Source of the DNA: Kineosporiaceae bacterium
GTDB taxonomy: Bacteria; Actinomycetota; Actinomycetes; Actinomycetales; Angustibacteraceae
Direction of reading: 5' to 3'
Length of the DNA stretch: 28,138 bases
Assembly: GCA_027345905.1 (NCBI GenBank)
Contig: DAIETC010000040.1
Span: 1 to 28,138 of the forward strand
The position numbers and the translations under genes are program-made. A model generated the notes under the pieces. The model was not told the origin of the DNA. It was given only the letters and a program-made list of their open reading frames with translations, and searched no databases. Every line of letters begins with the position of its first letter. Position 1 is the stretch's first letter. Below are positions 1 through 6,573 of the stretch, in pieces.

Positions 1-2
1 TG

Positions 3-1259
3 TTGGCGCCGACCGGAACCATCGGGTTCATGATGGACTGCGACACCACCGGGATCGAGCCGGACTTCTCCTTGGTCAAGTTCAAGAAGCTCGTTGGTGG
101 CGGGTCGATGCAGATCGTCAACCTGACGATCCCGCGGGCCCTCACCAAGCTCGGCTACACCCAGGAGACCATCGAGGCGATCGTCGAGCACATCGCTGCG
201 CACGGTCACGTCATCGACGCCCCCGGGCTCAAGACCGAGCACTACGAGGTCTTCGACTGCGCCATGGGTGCGCGCTCCATCGCCGCAATGGGCCACGTGC
301 GGATGATGGCGGCCTGCCAGCCATTCTTGAGCGGAGCGATCTCCAAGACCGTCAACCTGCCGCAGGAAGCCACCGTCGAAGAGATCGAGGACGTCTACCT
401 GCAGGGCTGGAAGTACGGCCTGAAGGCGCTTGCCGTCTACCGCGACAACTGCAAGGTCGGCCAGCCGCTGTCCGACGCCAAGTCCAAGACCTCCGACAAG
501 GCGTTCGACGCGGACGAGGCGGCCGCGGCCGCTGAGGCGAAGGTGCGGGTCGAGTACCGTCCAGTACGCAAGCGGCTGCCCAAGCGCCGTCCGTCGCAGA
601 CCATCTCCTTCGCCGTGGGCGGCGCGGAGGGCTACCTCACCGCCGGTTCCTACCCGGACGACGGTCTGGGTGAGCTGTTCTTGAAGTTCGGCAAGCAGGG
701 TTCGACGCTCGGTGGCGTCATGGACGCGTTCTCGATCGCAGTGTCGATCGGCCTGCAGTACGGGGTGCCGTTAGAGACGTTCGTCGAGAAGTTCACCAAC
801 CTGCGGTTCGAGCCGGCCGGCCTGACCGACGACCCCGACATCCGGATGGCGCAGTCGATCATGGACTACGTGTTCCGCCGGCTGGCGCTGGACTACCTGG
901 ACTTCGACACCCGCTCGTCCATGGGCATCTACACCGCTGGCGAGCGGGCGCGCCAGCTCGAGACGGGTTCGTACCTGCCGAGCGAGACCGAGCAGGAAGC
1001 AGACGCGGTCGAGATCGAGGGCTACTCCCAGTCGGCGCCAGTCAAACCAACGCCAGGGCCCATCGAGGTGAAGTCCGGCGCCGGGGCGGCATCGGCCAAG
1101 CCGGTGACCTCCGACGTGCACTCCTCCGCTGAGCTGCTGGAAGCCATGCAGGGACGTTCCGCCGACGCGCCGATGTGCCTGACCTGTGGGGTGAAGATGC
1201 GCCCGGCGGGCAGCTGCTATGTCTGCGAAGGCTGCGGCAGCACCAGCGGCTGCAGCTGA
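3..1259 (+). CDS. nrdJ: Class II adenosylcobalamin-dependent ribonucleotide reductase, C-terminal part (5'-truncated by window edge)
   Basis: APTGTIGFMMDCDTTGIEPD and SGAISKTVNLP motifs, TSCPD-type domain (GLGELFLKFGKQGSTLGGVMDAFSIAVSIGLQYGVP), terminal Cys ribbon CLTCG...CYVCEGCGSTSGCS. The frame is open to the window start, so the TTG at 3 is not the true start. Confidence 0.95.
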   Translation: MAPTGTIGFMMDCDTTGIEPDFSLVKFKKLVGGGSMQIVNLTIPRALTKLGYTQETIEAIVEHIAAHGHVIDAPGLKTEHYEVFDCAMGARSIAAMGHVRMMAACQPFLSGAISKTVNLPQEATVEEIEDVYLQGWKYGLKALAVYRDNCKVGQPLSDAKSKTSDKAFDADEAAAAAEAKVRVEYRPVRKRLPKRRPSQTISFAVGGAEGYLTAGSYPDDGLGELFLKFGKQGSTLGGVMDAFSIAVSIGLQYGVPLETFVEKFTNLRFEPAGLTDDPDIRMAQSIMDYVFRRLALDYLDFDTRSSMGIYTAGERARQLETGSYLPSETEQEADAVEIEGYSQSAPVKPTPGPIEVKSGAGAASAKPVTSDVHSSAELLEAMQGRSADAPMCLTCGVKMRPAGSCYVCEGCGSTSGCS

Positions 1260-1264
1260 CCAAT

Positions 1265-1304
1265 CTGGGTGCTGCACTCTCCCGCGGGAGAGTGCAGCAG
1301 CCAG
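1265..1304. repeat. 30-bp perfect palindrome (1270-1299) plus 4 more flanking pairs; probable nrdJ terminator and REP-like element
   Basis: TGCTGCACTCTCCCGCGGGAGAGTGCAGCA is its own reverse complement and starts 11 nt after the nrdJ stop. No U-tract. Its 18-bp core (1276-1293) recurs at 7274-7291 and 7307-7324. Confidence 0.85.
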
Positions 1305-1502
1305 CTGCGTCGAACGTGCCAGGGGGCCGTGTGGGAACGGCGACGGGTGGGCAATGACGACGTGTGGGTCGGTGACGCGGTGACCGGGTAGGTCACGTGA
1401 GGCCGAGGCCTGCCTCGGCGCCGGGGTCCGGCCCGATCATCCCCGTGCTACCCCTCGGTGTCTCACGTCGCTCTGACGCTCGGGGGGCGTGCCACTCGGG
1501 CA

Positions 1503-1525
1503 TTGTCGGTGGGGTGGTGCAGGGT
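1503..1525 (+). promoter_or_regulatory. PafBC-type (RecA-NDp-like) DNA-damage promoter, leaderless, upstream of TM0106 nuclease-helicase
   Basis: TTGTCGGTG (1503-1511)-N8-CAGGGT (1520-1525)-N6-GTG (1532). The -10 has C in place of the first T. Confidence 0.6.
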
Positions 1526-1531
1526 GCAGTT

Positions 1532-4500
1532 GTGCAGCGCATCGAGAACGAGCTGGTCCTCAGCCCCACTGACCTGACCAAGCACCTGGGGTGCCCGCAC
1601 GTCACGACGCTGGACCTGCTGGCGATCGAGGGAAGGGCGCAGCCCGGCGCGGCTGACGACGCCCTCGAGCTGATCTTCCGACTCGGGTTGGCCCACGAGG
1701 ACGCCTACCTGAGATCGCTACGAGCCCGCGGTCTGAGCGTCACGACGATCGAGCCGGCAACACCAGAGGTGAGCCGCGCGCAGCGCGAGCGCGAGACCCT
1801 AGCCGCGATGCAGTCCGGGGTCGATGTCGTCTACCAGGGCACGTTCTACGACGGCGCCTGGGGCGGTCAGGCCGACTTCCTGCTCCGGGTCGAGCGAGCG
1901 TCCGACCTCGGATCGTGGTCGTACGACATCGCCGACACCAAGCTGGCGCGCAAGCTCAAGGTGCCGGCGCTGCTGCAGATGGCGACCTACGCCGAGCGGC
2001 TCGCCGTACTGCAGGGTGTTGAGCCGGACAAGCTGTACGTGGTCACGGGCGACGGGCAGGAGCGGCCGTGGCGGCTCGTCGACGTCGCGGCCTTCGCCCG
2101 TCGGGCACGTTCGCGGTTGCGCGCCGCTGTTGAACAACGACCCGAGACCTCACCTGCCCCGGTCGCGCACTGCGCCCAGTGCCGGTGGATCGAACGTTGC
2201 GTGCGGCACTGGCATGACGAGGACGACCTGTCGCTGGTCGCCTTCATGCGCGCAGATCACCGCGAACTGCTGCGCGAGAACGGCATCACGACGTTGGCGC
2301 AGCTCGGCGTGCTGACCGCCGCGGACCTGCCCAGGCAGATCAGCTTGGTCTCGCGCGAGCGGCTGGTGCATCAAGCGTCCCTGCAACTGTGGGAGCGCCA
2401 GAACCAAGCGGCTAGGTACGACCTGCTCGACCCAGACCACCGCAAGGGATTGCTCAGGCTTCCGCCGCCGGACGCCGGTGACCTCTATCTCGACTTCGAG
2501 GGCGACCCCTACGCCGAAGGGGGCGAAGGCCGTGAGTACCTCGCCGGGCTCGGTGACGTCGACCGCGGCTTCACCCCCATCTGGGCGCACAGCCGTGAAG
2601 AGGAGCGCGAGCTGACAATCCAGCTGGTGGACCGCCTACTTTCGCGCTGGCAAGCCCACCCGGACATGCACGTCTACCACTACGCGCCGTACGAGACGAC
2701 GGCACTGAAACGGCTGGTGGGCAGGCACGGCGTCCGCGAGGCACAGCTGGACCAGCTGCTGCGCGGCGAGCGGTTCGTCGACCTGTACGCCGTGGTGCGG
2801 CAGGGAATGCGCATCAGCAAGGGGTCCTACTCGATCAAGAAGATGGAGGCCTTCTGCTGGGGGCACATACGCAACCAGAACCCGGACGTCGCCGACGCGA
2901 TGGCGAGCGTCGTCGCCTACGAGAAGTGGTCGGTCGAACCCGACGACGTCACCTTGCCCAAGATCGAGGCCTACAACCGCGACGACGTCCTATCAACCCT
3001 CGACCTGCACCGGTGGCTGGAGCAACGGCGCTGCGAGCTCGAAGACCTGCACGGACCGCAGCCGCGACCCGCAGACCAGCCGGCCGACCCGGCCCGGCCG
3101 CCAGGTGAGATCGAGCTCGCGGAGATCGCGTTGTCTGAGAAGTTGCAGGCTGCGGGGGAGGCGTTGTTGGCCGGCCTGGTGCAGTTCCACCGACGCGAGG
3201 CCAGGCCCGCCTACTGGGAGATGTTCCGGCTCGAAGACCTGGACGACGACGAGCTGGTCGACGACAGCGCCGCGCTCGGCGGCCTCACACCGCCCACACT
3301 TGTCGGGACGGCGGCCCGGAGCAAGCTCTACCGGTACGAGTTCCCACCCCAGGACACCAAGCTGCAGATTGGTGACACCGCGTACGACGTGGACGACCAC
3401 AGCTCGGCTGGCACCGTCCACGAGCTGGACGCTGAGCAGGGTTTCATCGTCCTGAAGCGCCAAGCCGCCGCCGTTGAGTCCAGGGGTTTCACCGAGAAGC
3501 AGGTGCTGTCCGACCAGGTGATCCGCCACGCCATCTGCGCCGTCGCCGAAGATCGGCTCGCCGGACGGGGCTGTTTGGGCAGTGCGCTGCTCGACCGCGT
3601 GGCCCCCGCTCGGCTCGACGACGTCGTACCGGCGGGAATGTCGTTGGACGCAGAGGTGCTTGCGGTTCAAGGCCCACCTGGCAGCGGGAAGACCACGGTC
3701 GGCGCCGAGCTCGTCCGGGCGTTGCTCGACGCGGGCAAGAAGGTGGGCATCACCGCGAACTCCCACGCGGTGATCGGCACCTTCATGGAGAAGGTCGACC
3801 GGCCGGGTCTGCAGCGCTGCAACGAGGCCGACCAGTTCTGCGGGGCGCCCGGTATTACTCAAGCACGGAGCTCGGCGGACGTCGCAGCAGCGCTTGGGTC
3901 CGGGCCCCAGCTGGTCGGCGGAACCGCGTGGCTGTGGTGCGACCCGGTGGTTGCTGGCCTACTCGACGTCATCGTCGTCGACGAGGCAGGCCAGTTCTCT
4001 CTCGCCAACGCGGTCGGTGTGTCGCGGGCTGCGACGTCCATGGTGCTGCTCGGCGATCCGCAACAACTCGCGCAACCCACCCGCGCCGTCCACCCCATCG
4101 GCGCGGGGGACTCAGCGCTGGCCCATGTGCTCGAAGGGCACGACACCATCGCGCCCGACCGCGGCATCTTCTTGGACACCACGTGGCGAATGCACCCGGA
4201 CATCACCTCGTACGTCTCGGACCTGTCGTACGACGGCCGGCTGCGGGCCGGCCCCGGCCAGGGGCGGCAAGCCATCGATGCCGGGCCGGGGCTCGTGGGT
4301 AGCGGCATCCGGGTGATCGAGGTCGAGCACCTCGCCAACGCAGCAGCGTCCCGGCAGGAGGTCAGTGCAGTTGTGCGCCTGTGGTTTCGGCTGACGTCCG
4401 GCACCTTCACCGACCGAGAGGGCGTAACAAGGGCCTTGACGCACGCCGACATCCTGATCGTCGCGCCGTACAACAACCAGGTGGGTCTGCTGCGACAGGC

Positions 4501-4783
4501 GCTTCCTACGGCCCGCGTCGGAACCGTCGACAAGTTCCAAGGCAAGGAGGCGCCCGTTGTCATCTACTCGATGACCAGCTCGAGCGCGGACGACGCGCCA
4601 CGAGGCGTCGGCTTCCTCTACGACACGCACCGGCTGAACGTCGCGGTATCCCGTGCGCAAGCCATGGCCATCGTCGTGATGAGCCCGCGCCTACTCGACG
4701 CAGCCGTCGCAACCCCAGATCAGCTGCGCCAGGTCAACGCCCTGTGCCGCCTGGTCGAAGACGCAAGCACCGCCGCCCCGTAG
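1532..4783 (+). CDS. TM0106-family RecB-like nuclease fused to DEDD/RNase H-like exonuclease and SF1 (Dna2/Upf1-like) helicase, about 1083 aa
   Basis: Nuclease GQADFLLRV...DIADTKLARK...LLQMATY; Cys pattern LGCPH...CAQCRWIERC; exonuclease LYLDFEGDP, YHYAPYE, YNRDDV; helicase QGPPGSGKT, VVDEAGQ, LLGDPQQL, TWRMHP, PYNNQV, GTVDKFQGKE, RLNVAVSRA. Start moved from 1397 to GTG 1532 (MQRIENELVLSPTDL), which fits the family N-terminus and the promoter. Confidence 0.9.
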   Translation: MQRIENELVLSPTDLTKHLGCPHVTTLDLLAIEGRAQPGAADDALELIFRLGLAHEDAYLRSLRARGLSVTTIEPATPEVSRAQRERETLAAMQSGVDVVYQGTFYDGAWGGQADFLLRVERASDLGSWSYDIADTKLARKLKVPALLQMATYAERLAVLQGVEPDKLYVVTGDGQERPWRLVDVAAFARRARSRLRAAVEQRPETSPAPVAHCAQCRWIERCVRHWHDEDDLSLVAFMRADHRELLRENGITTLAQLGVLTAADLPRQISLVSRERLVHQASLQLWERQNQAARYDLLDPDHRKGLLRLPPPDAGDLYLDFEGDPYAEGGEGREYLAGLGDVDRGFTPIWAHSREEERELTIQLVDRLLSRWQAHPDMHVYHYAPYETTALKRLVGRHGVREAQLDQLLRGERFVDLYAVVRQGMRISKGSYSIKKMEAFCWGHIRNQNPDVADAMASVVAYEKWSVEPDDVTLPKIEAYNRDDVLSTLDLHRWLEQRRCELEDLHGPQPRPADQPADPARPPGEIELAEIALSEKLQAAGEALLAGLVQFHRREARPAYWEMFRLEDLDDDELVDDSAALGGLTPPTLVGTAARSKLYRYEFPPQDTKLQIGDTAYDVDDHSSAGTVHELDAEQGFIVLKRQAAAVESRGFTEKQVLSDQVIRHAICAVAEDRLAGRGCLGSALLDRVAPARLDDVVPAGMSLDAEVLAVQGPPGSGKTTVGAELVRALLDAGKKVGITANSHAVIGTFMEKVDRPGLQRCNEADQFCGAPGITQARSSADVAAALGSGPQLVGGTAWLWCDPVVAGLLDVIVVDEAGQFSLANAVGVSRAATSMVLLGDPQQLAQPTRAVHPIGAGDSALAHVLEGHDTIAPDRGIFLDTTWRMHPDITSYVSDLSYDGRLRAGPGQGRQAIDAGPGLVGSGIRVIEVEHLANAAASRQEVSAVVRLWFRLTSGTFTDREGVTRALTHADILIVAPYNNQVGLLRQALPTARVGTVDKFQGKEAPVVIYSMTSSSADDAPRGVGFLYDTHRLNVAVSRAQAMAIVVMSPRLLDAAVATPDQLRQVNALCRLVEDASTAAP

Positions 4784-4865
4784 CTCGCGCAGCGTTTGGG
4801 TGCAGTCGACCTGAGCGAACGTCCGGAGGATGGCGGGTGCCCTGCAAGTGAGACCTCACCGGGGC

Positions 4866-5756
4866 TCAGGAGGCAGCGAGGAATGACGTGAAGCGGATCG
4901 CCAGGCGGTCGCGGTCGGGTCGCTCGGCCTTTCTGTCAGGCACGGTCAGGCTCTTGTCGTGCATGCCCTTGAGGCCATGCTCAAGCATCGGACCGTCGAT
5001 CTCATCGAGCAGCCGCTGGTTGATGTGCACCGTGTAACCGGGCGAGATTCCCAGCAGGTTCCGGTCGTAGGCGGCGTGGTGGATCTTGCACAAGCTCAAC
5101 CCGTTGGTCACGAGCGGGTCGCCGGCGCCCAAGGTGTCGCCAATGATGTGCGCGGCGTCCAGCAGGTCGCCATGGCGCAGGGTGCAGACGGCGCATCGCG
5201 TCTGGTAGGCGTGGATGACCCGAGCGCGAAACTCCGGCTGGTGCAGCCGCTGCTGGACGAGCCGCTCGGCGTAACGTCGTTCAAGCGGTGACAGATCGAC
5301 GGAGTTAGCGAGAAACCTCAGGTTCTCGTCGAGGGCGATAAGAAATCGGCGCCGCGGCGCGTCGTCGAACACTGCATAGACCGGCATAACCGGCAGGTAC
5401 CTGCCCGGGCCTAGTTTGCGAAGCAAGATGAGGGGCAGCTGCTGATAGATGGCGGCCCGCAGCTTGGCGTTGTCCCCGTCGAGCGACCCGGCTCGGTAGG
5501 CATAGTGGAACAGTCCGTCGACGACCTCGCTGTCGTCGTATGGGCCTGTCGGTGAGCTCACGATGGACAACGTGGCAGCCAGGTCTTGTGGGTTCCAGAT
5601 GCCGCGAGAGGTGTCGCGAACCCGGCGCACCTGGCCGCCGCCGATGTCCAGCGCATCGAGTTGGCGGTGGGACACCTCGCCTCCGCTGCGAAGCGCGGCC
5701 TCAGCAAGAGCATCCATGATGCGCAGCCGCAGTCGGCGCTCGTCAGCCAGGTTCAC
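4866..5756 (-). CDS. HNH endonuclease with N-terminal SRA-like domain (candidate modification-dependent, type IV restriction enzyme), 296 aa
   Basis: C-terminal RQPEFR-like segment (HQPEFRARVIHAY), CAVC, DAAHII, NGLSLCKIHHAAYD. N-terminal RGI...LSIV..GPYDD...HYAY...DNAKL...LPLILLR resembles the SRA pattern. No methyltransferase nearby. Confidence 0.8.
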   Translation of the reverse strand: MNLADERRLRLRIMDALAEAALRSGGEVSHRQLDALDIGGGQVRRVRDTSRGIWNPQDLAATLSIVSSPTGPYDDSEVVDGLFHYAYRAGSLDGDNAKLRAAIYQQLPLILLRKLGPGRYLPVMPVYAVFDDAPRRRFLIALDENLRFLANSVDLSPLERRYAERLVQQRLHQPEFRARVIHAYQTRCAVCTLRHGDLLDAAHIIGDTLGAGDPLVTNGLSLCKIHHAAYDRNLLGISPGYTVHINQRLLDEIDGPMLEHGLKGMHDKSLTVPDRKAERPDRDRLAIRFTSFLAAS

Positions 5757-5807
5757 GAGAGCTTCCTACCAGATCCCTCAAGCGTCGACCGTGCTGGCGC
5801 GGCAAGG

Positions 5808-5829
5808 TGTCAGTGGCTGAGGTTACGGT
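5808..5829 (+). promoter_or_regulatory. PafBC-type (RecA-NDp-like) promoter upstream of 57-aa ORF and dksA-like gene
   Basis: TGTCAGTG (5808-5815)-N8-TACGGT (5824-5829), intergenic, sense to the downstream genes. Confidence 0.7.
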
Positions 5830-5918
5830 GACGGAACCAAAGTTGGGAGCTGATGTGACCGGTGTGGTGGTCGCAGGCGGCGGGTAACATCGCGCAGGGA
5901 GCACGAGGGAGGGCACTG

Positions 5919-6092
5919 ATGGTCAAGCGCGAGAAGGTGGTGGACGACAGGGGACGGCGGGGGGGCAGCGGCAAGCTGGACGCCGAGGAGCACTTCGAGC
6001 AGGCCGGTCTGTACGGGTCCGCGCAGCCGCGCCGCGACGTGGAGATTCGAATGGCGGCGCTGCACATACCGCGCCGGCGCCAGGCCAGCTGA
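5919..6092 (+). CDS. Small hypothetical protein, 57 aa (MVKREKVVDDRGRRGGSGKLDAEEHFEQAGLYGSAQPRRDVEIRMAALHIPRRRQAS)
   Basis: GGGAGG RBS upstream of ATG 5919; only 5 of 57 codons end in A/T, typical of real genes here; stop lies 13 nt before the next ATG. Confidence 0.65.
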   Translation: MVKREKVVDDRGRRGGSGKLDAEEHFEQAGLYGSAQPRRDVEIRMAALHIPRRRQAS

Positions 6093-6105
6093 AGGCGGCG
6101 CGCGG

Positions 6106-6453
6106 ATGGCGAGGGCGACCCGGCAGCGCCTGGCCGCACGCCTGATTGCGAACGCCGAGCAGATTCGTGGGCTTGAACGCGAGCACAGTGAGATCGTGGC
6201 CGCAGCCCAGGGGGCAAACGGCGACGACGAGCACGATCCCGAGGGAGCCACGATCGGGTTCGAACGCGAACAGGTAGCCGCGCTCCTCGCCCAGGCAGTG
6301 CACACTCGCAGCGAGATCATGCAGGGCCTGGGCCGACTCGATGACGGGTGCTACGGCATCTGCGAGCTGTGTCAGGGCGACATCGGCATCGAACGGCTCG
6401 AGGTTCGTCCCGCGGCGCGCACCTGCATCAGCTGCGCGTCGCGCAGGCGCTGA
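6106..6453 (+). CDS. DksA/TraR family C4-type zinc-finger protein, 115 aa
   Basis: Coiled coil with acidic tip DDEHDPEG, then GCYGICELC...ERLEVRPAARTCISC. Confidence 0.9.
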   Translation: MARATRQRLAARLIANAEQIRGLEREHSEIVAAAQGANGDDEHDPEGATIGFEREQVAALLAQAVHTRSEIMQGLGRLDDGCYGICELCQGDIGIERLEVRPAARTCISCASRRR

Positions 6454-6509
6454 GCCGACATCGGACGCCTTCAGCTCGTCGTGGCGGGGGCGTTGACGGT
6501 TGGGCGCGG

Positions 6510-6532
6510 TTGTCGGTGGTGCGCTCTAGCGT
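6510..6532 (+). promoter_or_regulatory. PafBC-type (RecA-NDp-like) promoter upstream of DUF222-HNH gene
   Basis: TTGTCGGTG (6510-6518)-N8-TAGCGT (6527-6532), a perfect match to tTGTCRgtg-N8-TAnnnT; GGAGG RBS before GTG 6574. Confidence 0.8.
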
Positions 6533-6573
6533 GGCAGGAACGGCGTGGGGCCTGGTGATTTCGGAGGTTTCCT

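Noticed and set aside
1397-1531. N-terminal extension of the nuclease-helicase in the ORF track
   Set aside because: Low-complexity sequence that covers the promoter motif; the family-like sequence begins at GTG 1532.
1532-2400. Cas4 or CRISPR adaptation gene
   Set aside because: Shares the Fe-S PD-(D/E)xK fold but is the N-terminus of a 1083-aa helicase fusion; no cas1/cas2 or array.
4825-4886. GGAGG-ATG 18-codon ORF between the helicase and the SRA-HNH gene
   Set aside because: RBS directly abuts the ATG with no spacing, and the ORF overlaps the convergent gene end.
5547-5568. TGTCGGTG matches at 5547 and 17775 as further damage promoters
   Set aside because: Inside coding regions and not followed by a TAnnnT/CAnnnT hexamer after 8 nt.
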